A stretch of 58,332 bases of DNA from a virus (taxonomy: Duplodnaviria; Caudoviricetes): the IMG/VR virus record IMGVR_UViG_3300037692_000546, positions 1 to 58,332 of that record; one strand, 5' to 3'. The notes beneath the pieces were generated by a model. That model was not told the DNA's origin, did no database searches, and worked only from the letters and a program-made list of their open reading frames with translations. A program made the position numbers and the translations under genes. This document shows, in pieces, positions 18,764-29,600 of the stretch (within the stretch, counting starts at the first letter, position 1; each line of letters begins with the position of its first letter).

Positions 18764-19543
18764 ATGGCAATAAGACGCTCTACTGCTCTCGTCAACGCAC
18801 TGGCCAAAGGCTTCGGGGTTCGCGAACTACTGCGTGACGGCCGACTGTACTGTTATGTCGGGAGTCAACCCACTACCGCCGATACCGCGCCCACCACCAC
18901 CAATCTATTGATCTACACCACCCAGGGCCTGGCCTATATCGATCCGGTCAAATCCTTCGCTACCATCCTCATTGGTGGCGCGGCCACCGGCACCCTGGCC
19001 TCGGTTAAGCTCGGTGGCATGGACTTCAACTTGCTTTCCGAAGCGGTCTCTTACACCACCTCGGCAGCAGTAACTGCCGATGCGATCGTCGCCAATATCA
19101 ACGCCCGGCAGAACCCGCTCGGCGTCACCGCCCACCGCTCCGGCGACAACGTCATCCTCTCTTTGCCTTACTGGATCGGGGCGCAGGGCGATAGCCTAAC
19201 TTTCGCTGTCGCTGTTACCGGCTCTCTGACAGCAACCGCTTCCGGGGTTTTCGGCGGAGGTACTACCGCGGAAAACGGATTGAACATGCTGGAGTCGGTC
19301 GTCGCTGGTCTCTTGACCAAGGAAGCGGCCATCTGGCAGGCGACCGGTTTGGCGGCAGGCAATCTCGGCTGGTTCCGGTTTGTGGCCGGTGGATCGACTG
19401 CAACTGGCGTGGCTAACACCGACGTGCGTTTCGACGGTATTATCGCCACCTCTGGCGGCGATATGACCGCCGCCTCGCTGGTGGTAGAATTGGGTGCGGT
19501 CTATACCATCACCTCCGGATCCATTTCCGAAAAACTGAGCTAA
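18764..19543 (+). CDS. virion structural protein
   Basis: MAIRRST.L.N...Y.GSQP.TAD...GWFRF...RFDG pattern; Ala/Thr/Gly-rich. Confidence 0.6.
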   Translation: MAIRRSTALVNALAKGFGVRELLRDGRLYCYVGSQPTTADTAPTTTNLLIYTTQGLAYIDPVKSFATILIGGAATGTLASVKLGGMDFNLLSEAVSYTTSAAVTADAIVANINARQNPLGVTAHRSGDNVILSLPYWIGAQGDSLTFAVAVTGSLTATASGVFGGGTTAENGLNMLESVVAGLLTKEAAIWQATGLAAGNLGWFRFVAGGSTATGVANTDVRFDGIIATSGGDMTAASLVVELGAVYTITSGSISEKLS

Positions 19544-19552
19544 GGAGCTTTT

Positions 19553-20023
19553 ATGGCTAACGTGCGCTTTGTCGCCCAAACCACCGAACAGGCCTTGACC
19601 GCCGCAACGGCTCTGTCGGTCTTGCAGGTCATTGCTCCGGCTAACCAACGGGTCAAGGTGCTCGGTTGGGGAGTTTATTTCGATGGGATTGATCCGGTCG
19701 CAGAGCCGGTCCAGGTACGCGTTACCGGCGGTATCACAGCCGGAACCTTTACCAACCTTCTCGGGGCACCAGACGCCAACGGCTCGAAAACCGCCGTCAA
19801 TGGCGCGACCGAAACGGTTCAGTCTTTAGCTAAAGAACCAGCCACGGTTGAACCTACTGTGGTCCTGGTCTACGATATCGCTGAAGTCCACCCGCAAAGC
19901 GGCCAGACCTGGTTCTTTCCCAAGGGCGCTGAACCAATCGTTGCCGGCGGCGCGTTCATTGCGATTGAATGCACTGCCCCAGCAGGGGTCAACGTCCGCG
20001 CCAAATTGATCTGTGAGGAGTAA
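19553..20023 (+). CDS. virion structural protein, paralog 1
   Basis: Shares LQ..AP.NQRVK..GWG..FDG, E.HPQSG and K.ICEE with the next gene. Confidence 0.65.
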   Translation: MANVRFVAQTTEQALTAATALSVLQVIAPANQRVKVLGWGVYFDGIDPVAEPVQVRVTGGITAGTFTNLLGAPDANGSKTAVNGATETVQSLAKEPATVEPTVVLVYDIAEVHPQSGQTWFFPKGAEPIVAGGAFIAIECTAPAGVNVRAKLICEE

Positions 20024-20025
20024 TC

Positions 20026-20475
20026 ATGGCTGAATTGCTGTTTATCGCCCAACCAACTAGCGAAGTCGCTTTGGCTGCTGGAATTACCAAAACGGTTTTG
20101 CAGATCGCCGCCCCCGCCAACCAGCGGGTGAAGATCAAGGGCTGGGGTATCTTCTTCGACGGCCAGACAGTGACCGCCGCACCAGTTATTGTCCAAATCA
20201 TGCGCCAACTATCGGCTGGCACAATGACCGCCTTAACTCCACTTAAACGGCAGGTAGCGGCAGAAACAGTGCAGACCACTGCAGCGCACACCGCTACCCT
20301 TGAGCCGACCAACAGCGATATTATCGATGTTTTGGAGATCCACCCGCAGTCGGGCTATGAAGTGCAGTTTCCCGACGGCCAGGAAATTATCGTCCCGGGT
20401 GGTGGTTATCTGGCGATTGTGGTCAACGCGCCGGAAGCGGTCAACTGTCTGCCTAAATTCATCTGCGAAGAATAA
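20026..20475 (+). CDS. virion structural protein, paralog 2
   Basis: Tandem paralog of 19553-20023. Confidence 0.65.
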   Translation: MAELLFIAQPTSEVALAAGITKTVLQIAAPANQRVKIKGWGIFFDGQTVTAAPVIVQIMRQLSAGTMTALTPLKRQVAAETVQTTAAHTATLEPTNSDIIDVLEIHPQSGYEVQFPDGQEIIVPGGGYLAIVVNAPEAVNCLPKFICEE

Positions 20476-20478
20476 CCG

Positions 20479-21393
20479 ATGCGGCCGCTGATCCGCCCAG
20501 GTGGCGGTATCGTTCAGCTTTCTGCCGCACCGGCGGCGATCGTCGACAGCAGTGCGGTGATGTCTATCGACTTTCCGCTGTTCGGCGTTGTCTTCACCCA
20601 TTCGCAGATGGCGCTGGATATTGAATTCCCGCTCTTTGCCTTAACCAACTTCAAGATCCGCAGTGATGGGTTTCATATTCCTTTCGCTGCGTTTGATACT
20701 TCCCTGCAGATGGTGTCTGGTAGTCTGCACCTCCTATCGGCGGTCTTCCCGGCCTTCTCGGCCGACTTCTCCTCTCGGGCAGGGGAAACCCTGCAGATTG
20801 TCTTTCCATCCTTCTCCACGGCGTTCTCGTTGTCTCCCGGCAACCAAAGCGCGAGCTTGCAGGTATCTTTTCCGCTCTTTACCTGGACGGCGAGTCTGCA
20901 GGCCTTGCTGGCCAGTACCGGGGTAGCGGTGTGGGTGGTCAATACACGCACCAAGGCACATTCTACTTATGAGAACTGGTCGGCGAGCGGTTACGGCCGC
21001 TTCAATGGAGAAGAACTGGTGGCGATGCCCGACGGAATTTACGGGTTACGGATCGGCCAGGACGGTTCCACTAGCGTCGACGCCAAACTGCGCTGGCAGG
21101 AAACCGATCTGAATACCGCCGGACAGAAGCGTATTGACAGTTTATCCATTAATATGCGTAACTTAGCGCAGTCGGATATCCGCGTGATCGCGGTAGTCGA
21201 TGAACAACAGGAACGGTTCTTTAATAAACCGGTCAGCAACATCCCGCAGGGCCTGCGACGCTTTCGCCAGTTACTGCCACAGGGCCTGGAAGGACAGACT
21301 TGGCAGTTTGGTATTGAGAACCAGGCGGGGGGGGATTTGTTGGTCGATGGAGTGGAAGTGTTGGTTCACGATCTGAAGCGGCGTTTTCAATAG
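20479..21393 (+). CDS. tail protein with N-terminal FP.F repeats and nozzle-like C-terminus
   Basis: Repeated (L/I)xFPxF units, then W.VNT.T...STY, D....QKR, G..G..WQF. Confidence 0.5.
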   Translation: MRPLIRPGGGIVQLSAAPAAIVDSSAVMSIDFPLFGVVFTHSQMALDIEFPLFALTNFKIRSDGFHIPFAAFDTSLQMVSGSLHLLSAVFPAFSADFSSRAGETLQIVFPSFSTAFSLSPGNQSASLQVSFPLFTWTASLQALLASTGVAVWVVNTRTKAHSTYENWSASGYGRFNGEELVAMPDGIYGLRIGQDGSTSVDAKLRWQETDLNTAGQKRIDSLSINMRNLAQSDIRVIAVVDEQQERFFNKPVSNIPQGLRRFRQLLPQGLEGQTWQFGIENQAGGDLLVDGVEVLVHDLKRRFQ

Positions 21394-21402
21394 GAGCAAA
21401 GT

Positions 21403-22431
21403 ATGGCGTCTGATACGGAAAGCAATGCCGCGTATGTCTCGGCGGTGCAGGCCGATTATGAAAAACTCGACAGCGCGGTCAAGGACAGCATCCAGGAATT
21501 GATCACCGCTGCCGGTGAAACGATGAGCGCAACTTTCGATCTCTCCGATATCGTCACCAGCTTCTCGGTGCCGGACTGGTCGATTCAGGAGCCGCCATCG
21601 GTTCCGACCCCGTCGCGCGGCGATCTGCCAATAGATTGGCAAGGGCTGAATATTCCGGCGTTTGTTTTCAATCCGGAAGACTATATCAGCGCCGACATGC
21701 TGACCAAGCATACCTACTCCTCAGACTTTTTTAACAACTTTCTCGATGAACGGCTGCGTTCGTATATCGATTCGCAAAGCTATTTCCTGGCGATGGAAGT
21801 GCAGGACGCCCTATTTGAAGCCTCTCGCCAGCGAGATCTACAAACCCTGAACGATGCCCTAGATGCTGCCGATCGGTTGCAGGCCCGCCGCGGCTTTCCG
21901 ATTCCGACTTCGATGTTGACCGCGGCGCGTAACGAAGTTATCCGCCAATACCAGAATACCGCCGCCGATCGCAACAAGGAGATCACCGCCCTGATCGCCG
22001 ATAAGTCCTTGCAGGAGAAACAACATGCGATGGATATCGCCATCCGCATGGAAGACATCCGCTCGCGCTTTCAGCTCGAATACGCCAAGATCTACTGGCA
22101 AGCGGCTGACTATCTGGTGAAGAAGTATCAGATGGACGTCTCGGCGGAAATCGCCCGGATCAGCGCCGAAATGCAGATGATCGGCTTGGTCAACGACACC
22201 AATAAGCGCAACGTCGAGTTCGAGCTGGAAGAAGAAACACTTAAGAATCAGAAGAACATGGCGCGACTGCAAGCTGAAATGCAGGAAATGACCAAACAAG
22301 TTGAGATGTGGGTCGAAACTTACAAGTCCCGCATCCAGGCCGCCGGGGAAACCGTAGATTACTACAAGGGCGCAGTGCTCGGTAAACTTGGCTCCTACAC
22401 CGCTATCGATTACGTCGACAAAAAAGCCTAA
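21403..22431 (+). CDS. putative ejection/internal virion protein
   Basis: Helical, no cysteine, A.RGF.IP motif, upstream of the giant protein. Confidence 0.55.
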   Translation: MASDTESNAAYVSAVQADYEKLDSAVKDSIQELITAAGETMSATFDLSDIVTSFSVPDWSIQEPPSVPTPSRGDLPIDWQGLNIPAFVFNPEDYISADMLTKHTYSSDFFNNFLDERLRSYIDSQSYFLAMEVQDALFEASRQRDLQTLNDALDAADRLQARRGFPIPTSMLTAARNEVIRQYQNTAADRNKEITALIADKSLQEKQHAMDIAIRMEDIRSRFQLEYAKIYWQAADYLVKKYQMDVSAEIARISAEMQMIGLVNDTNKRNVEFELEEETLKNQKNMARLQAEMQEMTKQVEMWVETYKSRIQAAGETVDYYKGAVLGKLGSYTAIDYVDKKA

Positions 22432-22446
22432 CCAGAGGAGAACGTC

Positions 22447-23637
22447 ATGGCCGATCGTTTTAATAAAGAGCTGGCTTACCCGGCGGCAAAGAATCCATTT
22501 GCGGTGCAGAAAGCCGGAAAACCCGCAGTACAGAAGCGTATGCCGCCGAATGGCATGGAGGCGTATGCCTTGCCGAGCAAATCCCCTTGGCCTGTCGGAC
22601 AACTGGTTAAAGCAAATGGCCGGGCAGCGATGAATAATCTGACCACCCCACCACAACAACTTGCGCCACTGAAGGATGCACCGAATAATTCGCCGACGGC
22701 GCTACCGGTTCAGGCCATTGCTCAATCTACTGGTGAAGCAATAGCGAACTCTTTCGCCCAACCCGGGATGGAAGAACCAAGTTTCGACAAACCCCTACCG
22801 ATCGGGCAGTGGCTCAAGTCGGCCGGCAGTGCGATTAAGAACTCCTTCGCCCAACCCGGGATGGAAGATCCACATACCGCATATCTTTTTGAAGATCCGG
22901 CCTCTCTCGACAATCCCACCGGGAATAGCCCTAATGAGCCCGCAGGACCGCAAGTGCCAACCAAGCAGGCCAACCCCTACTTCACCAATATCGAAGACGT
23001 GGCTAAGCAACAGGGGCTTTCTCCAATGGCAGGGATGGATGGTTTCTACGGCAATCGCCAAATAACTGGTGCCGGCCGGTTAACTTCGTCCGGTCCGGCT
23101 TTAATGGATGGCCCTGGCCGACAGACCCCTGATTATGCAGACATTATGGCCAAGGTGCGGCCGAGCGATTCGCCGATTGCCTCGATCATGGCTCGCGGGG
23201 AAGCGCAAGGACGAGCTAACGACCTCTACAATCGGGACCACAATGAATTGGTGCAGGAACGAATCGGTTCCGAAACCGCCAAGAACCGTTCGGCATTGGA
23301 AAGCAACGAGTTCTCCATGAATCTCCTGAAGCAGGCGCAGGCCGAAGGCATGACTCCCGCTGAACTGTTGAAGCTCGACAGCAAGGAAGACGCCCGGCGC
23401 AATAAGATTCTTGAAACCATGGCGGCGGCAATTCCCCGCCTTCAGGAACACTTTGCCGGCGACCCCGAAGGGTTGATGAACTTTCTTTCCGCGACAATTT
23501 CCAACCTATCGGAAACCGGTGATCAGGTCGCTGCGGGCAAAAAGGCAAAATTCACTCCACAAGTGGATCCGGTCAAAGGTGGTCTCATATTCGGCAAAGA
23601 CGTTGAAGGCCAGCCCTCAAAAGTAACCTGGGAGTAA
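22447..23637 (+). CDS. putative ejection/internal virion protein
   Basis: No cysteine; Pro/Gln-rich; internal repeat NSFAQPGME x2. Confidence 0.55.
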   Translation: MADRFNKELAYPAAKNPFAVQKAGKPAVQKRMPPNGMEAYALPSKSPWPVGQLVKANGRAAMNNLTTPPQQLAPLKDAPNNSPTALPVQAIAQSTGEAIANSFAQPGMEEPSFDKPLPIGQWLKSAGSAIKNSFAQPGMEDPHTAYLFEDPASLDNPTGNSPNEPAGPQVPTKQANPYFTNIEDVAKQQGLSPMAGMDGFYGNRQITGAGRLTSSGPALMDGPGRQTPDYADIMAKVRPSDSPIASIMARGEAQGRANDLYNRDHNELVQERIGSETAKNRSALESNEFSMNLLKQAQAEGMTPAELLKLDSKEDARRNKILETMAAAIPRLQEHFAGDPEGLMNFLSATISNLSETGDQVAAGKKAKFTPQVDPVKGGLIFGKDVEGQPSKVTWE

Positions 23638-23640
23638 ATA

Positions 23641-26600
23641 ATGGCGGGTGCATTGTCGGAAAGCATGGTTGAATATGCCCTGCGGAAACAGACGGGCGAG
23701 CCGGTAAAGAACGCTTCTTTTCTTGACCGGACTAAGGATGTTGGCGTTGACGCTATGCGGGCAGTGGTCGGTGCCGGCGAATCGGCGGTTGGTTTAGTCG
23801 ATTTTCTTAACCCGGTGTCGACGTTGTTCCCCAAACTGTCACTCGGTTCATCGCTCAGCAAGATCGGTTACGACCCGAAAGCGACCCACGAAATCCTTTC
23901 CGACCTCTATTCCGATGAACGGCAGGCGGAACAGCGAGACGTTTCCGAGGCTTTTGACGAAAGCTTTTGGGGCGGCATGGGTGAAGCATTCAGTAACCCG
24001 GCAACCGTTGCCGGTACCGTGGTGCAGTCGATCCCCTCGATGCTGATCGGCCGTGGGTTGGGTGGAGTAGCCGGTAAGGCTTCAGCGCTGGTCAAGGCCA
24101 GCCCCTGGTTGCAAGCCGGATTAGGTGAAGGCTTGGTCACCGCTGGTTCAACCATGGAACAACTCCGTCAGGAAAAAGGCGAGACCGATCTTGGTGATCG
24201 CGGCTATGCGGCTTTGGCTGGCGGATTGACCGGCTTGCTTGGTGGAGTTAGTAATAAACTCGGCGGCAAATTAGGGATCGGCGATATCGATGCGCCAACC
24301 CCGCAGGAAGTGTTATTGAAAGGCGCACGGAAAAGCGGTGCCAGGCGGTTTGCCGAAGGCGCTTTGATGGAAGGCTTTGTTGAAGAACTGCCGCAGTCGA
24401 TGCAGGAACAGGTCATCATGAACGTCGCCACCGATAAGCCTTGGAGCGAAGGTTTATCGGAAGCAGCCGGCATGGGGGCTCTGTCCGGCATGGCGATGGG
24501 TGGACCAATGGGCGCCTATCAGCAAAAGTTGCAGCTTAACGAGGCTGCCCGCGAACAGGCCCACCAGGAACTGCTCAGTGAAACCGAACAGCGCCTTGCT
24601 GCTGAAGAAGTCAAACAGGAGACCGGTCTGGCCCAGGGTACAGCAAGCCAATCCTTACTGACCGAGGCCCCGACCATTGATGAACTCGCCACCGGGCAGA
24701 CGGTGCTGGCGCTGCGCGGCCAAACAGCGGAGAAGCAGCAGGAGATCGAACATCAGGCGGCGCAGAACGAAGCGTTGATCACCGAAGAAGAAATCCAGCA
24801 ACAGGAAGCCGACCCGATTCATCATCCAATTGCCCAGGCTATTGGAATAGAAACGCCACTCTTCCGCCAAGCGGTCAGTCAGATCTATACCGCGGCAAAG
24901 AATTTTGGCGAATTCTCTAAACAGCTGGTACAGCAGTTCGGCGAAGCGGTCAAGCAGTACGCCGTCAAACTATGGACTGCATATAAAGGTTCCAAACTCG
25001 CCGAACAGCGCGGGTCGTTCAGCCTTAAGCCGACTGGCGATCCAGTGGTTGATGAACATCTGACCGCCCAACGCGACAATAAAGTAAGCAAATTGATCGA
25101 CAGAGCGTTTGGCGAGATCGAGGAAGGCACGACTACCCCCGCCACCCTAACGTCGCTCAGGGAGGCGTACCAGGGCCTTCCTGAAGGCGAATTAAAGGCC
25201 GAGCTGTTAGAGATGGGCAGGCAGTATGCGGAAAGAAGTAAACAAGCCGCGCCTGCTCAAACAACCGAAGCAAAAGGTATCAACATTTCTACACGGGCGG
25301 GCGATCCATTAGGTCGAGCGCTCACTAATCCAACTTGGGGTAGTAAGAAGGATGGCAAAAACTATTTTGACGTGGAAACCGCTTACAAAGCCAACGCCAG
25401 CCGTAAGAAGGCTCCGCAACTAAACGCCGATGAAGCGTTGCACTACGACATGAACCTGATGTACGGATTGCAGGTGGAAAAGTTCAAACGGCATCCGGAG
25501 TTGGTGGAGGAAATTACTCAACGCGGGGGCGTGGATTTCCTCAAAGCCTCGGAACATACCGTTGGAGTCAAGGGCAGTCGTTGGGAAGGGAAGGGTGAGC
25601 AGAGTAATTTTATCCGGGTACTGGTGAAGGCTTACGAAGCTGCGCTGAAAGAATCGTCTGCCGCCGCAAAGGAAGCCGCGCCCGCCACCGATCCATTAAC
25701 CGAAAAGACCGCCTATCTCGACGATTTACGTCAGACGGTTAATCAGCCAAAGGAAACTGCACTTGCGGTTGAAGAGGATTACAGCAATCCCGAAGGGGCC
25801 CTGCAGACTCTCTATGAAAAGATCCGCAAAACTCCCGGGCGGCAGAGGAGCAGCGACAACTACTGGAAGCTGAAAGCCCAGCGGGAAGTTACCGCTCGCG
25901 ATGGCGAAGAGCTGATTTCCGCGGAGTCGGTACCCTTTGCCCAACGGAACGAAGAACAGAAAGGCCTTGGCCAGAAGAACCAGTGGAAGGACAAGGAGAA
26001 AAGCCCGCCGGCCGACTTCTGGCTGGACTTTGCCTTCTCGCTCAAAGAACCCCCGGCTGATAAGCAGAGCAGTCCCGCACCGTCCAAAGCCGGCCAGAAG
26101 CGCCTGTTGACCCTGCAGCAGCATTACAATGGTTTGCTGCCCACCCTGCGTAAAGCCTATCAGTCCGCTTCCCCGGAGAATCAGGCGCGGATTGCGGCGC
26201 TCGGACAGCGGCTCCAACAACAACTCGCCCCGACTGCTACTGCCCCACTGCAGGAACAAGTGGTCAGTGATGATTATGGCTCGGTTGAAGAGCTAATGGC
26301 GGCTATGGCAAAGGTGCTGCCGGAGCATAAGCGCCCACTCAACAAGGAAGAGCGAGACCACAAACAGCTCATGGAGCAGATCACTGGGGTGCATCTCAGT
26401 GAGGAGCAGCGTAAGTCACTGTTTCGGGAACGCGCCCAGCAACTCAAAGACGCCGCCAAGCAGGAAAAGGATCGCGAGAGTATCGCCGACCGCGGTAAAG
26501 CGAAAACTGTTCGGCGGATCGAATATCTACAGAACCGCCGCGAAAGCTTAACCAATGAACTCACGACGCTAGAAACTGTTAAGGCTGACTTGGGGGATAA

Positions 26601-29600
26601 TTCCGGGATTGAAATGAAACTGGATGCTGTCGCCGAAGAATTGCAAAGCGTTGAAGACGAACTGGCCAAAACCCAGGAAGAGATCTATGCCGGCCAACTC
26701 GCCCAGGAAGAACGCTGGCTTGATCAGGGCGAAGCCGCCGCGCAGGAGGAGTTTTATGACGGCTCAGAAGAAGAAGGGGATGATGCCTTCTCCGGCGTAG
26801 CCAAGCCGCGCAAACTAAAGCCGATCGATAACCTTGACGCCAATCCGAAGAAGGGGGTCGGCGGGCTCGATGCGGACGAATTGACCCCAGGCGTCGATCC
26901 CGATCGGGCGCGATTCGATTACCTGCGCCGACCGAGTGATGATCTGGAACAGGATCTGGCCGCCGATGATCCGACCCAACAAAAAGCGCTCAGCGACGCC
27001 TTTGAACAGATGATGGCTAATCCGGAACTGGCGACTGCCGCCGAAGGCGAACAGAGCCCAGCCGCCTTCATTGCCAACATTCTTGATTCACTCAAAGAAC
27101 GCTACGATATCGATCTGGTGGTGAAGGCGCTGCTGGCCAAAGAAAAGATCACCACACTGCGCAAGCTGAAGCCGGGCCTGCCGCAGTTTCTCAGCGATCT
27201 GTTGGAATACGACGAACGCCTACCGGATATCGACGAATACGATCTGACCGCCAAGGAAGAAGTTGAAGTCAATCAACTCTTCAACGAAGAGATCCGCGCA
27301 GAAGAAGCGGTGTTGAGCCAGGTCGACCCAAAGGTGCTGGAGAATGCCACCAAGGGATTGCAGACAGTAACTTCACTAGAGAAGTTGGCCAGCAACAATC
27401 CCACTTTGAAGCGGGCCCTGGCCCGGTCGCGACAGGAAGTACGCCGCCTATCGAAAGCGCAGGCCCGGGAAAAACAGTACGGCCTGTTTCGTTCAGCAAC
27501 CCAGTCTTATCTCGACGGTAAGGAGTTGCGTCAAGCTGACGTCTCTCAGGCGACCATCAACCGGTTGGCGGCACAGAACATCGTACCCTTTCTCGATGCG
27601 CTTTATACCCTCGCCAATGAAGGTTTGAAGAAGAAGGCCCATATCCTCGATATCGGCCGGGTACTCAACACCATGCGCCGCAATACCCTGGCGACTGATG
27701 ATTTCCGCTATCTCGACAAAGCGGCCAACAAGACCAGGCCAACTGATGATCCCACTCAGGGGTTGGTGGTACGGCAGTTGTTGCGCAACTTTATGGTGCA
27801 GGCGGGTTGGGACGAGAAGAGCGCCTGGAGTGATGAACAAGTTGCCGAAGCCTTGCCGGAAAATCTCGAAGCCCTGAACAACGGCCGGCCCGCTCCCGAC
27901 TCCGGCGATATCACCATGTTCATGTCCAAGGCCGCCTGGGATATTCGCAACACCGAACCACTGATCAATATCTATGGCAGTATGAACCAGGACGGCCGTA
28001 GGCACGATACTTCCAAGGTTCTCTGGGTCCGCACCAAACGGCCGAACGGTACCTGGTCGGAACCGATGCCGATGAACGAACTCGACGTTGTAGCCATGGA
28101 AGAAAAGAACCTGCCAATTCAGCGCACCGGCCGCGAACTGGCTCCAGGGGCGGTCACCCAACTCTTTGCCTGGACCCAGGACAACACCCGGCGCAATCTC
28201 TGGGGGGAAGCGATCGAGCGCAATCTGCTTCTGAACGGCGCCCCGGTCACCGAAGAGATGTTCAAAGCCAACGAAGCCCTGCATGAGCGGATCAGCGAAC
28301 TGCAAGAAAAGAATAAAACCCGTACCGCGCAGGAAGATGGTGAACTGAAAACCGCCGAACGGCAGGCGCAGACCATGGATATCGCCATTAAGGCCGGACT
28401 GTGGAACCGCCAGTTCAAAGCGGCCAAGATCCTCGACAACGATTACTTTGAAAAACTGGCCAAAGCGGCCAAATACAAACCGCTGCAGAAAACCGCCGCC
28501 GAACTGTACGAACTCTTTCAACAACATGGCGCCGATCCGGTCGCCTTCAAAAGTGTTTTGACCCAACAGTTACTTGACCATCGACAAGAAGAACTGACCG
28601 GCTTTCATCACCGAGCCTTGCAGGCGCTGGATAAGGCGTCCCGCAACGATAAAGAAGCTGTTGCCGCTGCAGCACAGAAGGAGGTTCGTACCTTTCTGCT
28701 ACAGAAGCTCGGCAAGGAGCTGGGCGGGCTTTATGAGCAGAAATACGATCAGGGGCAGGCCGTTACCCTTGACGCCGTGCAAACGCGCACTGTAGAAGCT
28801 GCCAGGGTCTATGAGCTGCAAGCACTGCGCGCCCTCGATCAAACCATCAAACAGGAACGCTCGGCCGACTATCGCAAAAAAGCCGCTACCGCCGATGACC
28901 GCAAGGTGGAGAAGGTCCTGTCTCTAGCGACGGAAAAGTACTTGCGTTCGCTGGAGGTGGAGATCAGTGATTACTTTGTGCCAAAAGCCCAACTTGATTC
29001 GTTTGAGCAAGAACTGCAAAGCCAACATCCCTATCTGACTGTCGGCCAGTTCAGTCTCAACAACCTGACGCCGATCCTCTTGAACGAGCAAAGCCTGTTT
29101 GAACAGATGCTGAACAAGGTGGCTAGTCTGTTCGGCGCCGACCTGGTACTGGTCAATGCACCAGGTTATCGTTCGCGGTATGTTGGCAAAGCCACCGATG
29201 GCCGCTCAAAAATCATCCTCAATGCCCGAGTTGGCAAGGTCGATCTGGCCCGGGTCTTTGCCCACGAAGTCTTTCATCATGTCTTGAACAAGCTGACCAA
29301 AGGCGAATTCCTGGCCTTCAGAAACTCGTTGCAGCACATGATCGCTAACCCCGGTCTGTACCGCGGTGAACTGGCCAACCGCTTTATCCAAGACACCTAT
29401 CTGTCCGGGATGAACGAAGACGGCCCAAACCTGCGGAGTATCACCCTTTTGAACCAGGCGATTGCCGCCACCGCGGTCAAGGAAGGCATCTCTCGCGAAC
29501 AGGCTGAGCAGGAAGTCATGAGCGAACTGTTCGCTGACGTCGCCACCAGTAAGGCGTTCTACGAGCATCTGGCTAAAACCCTACCCGGGCGGACCTTAGC

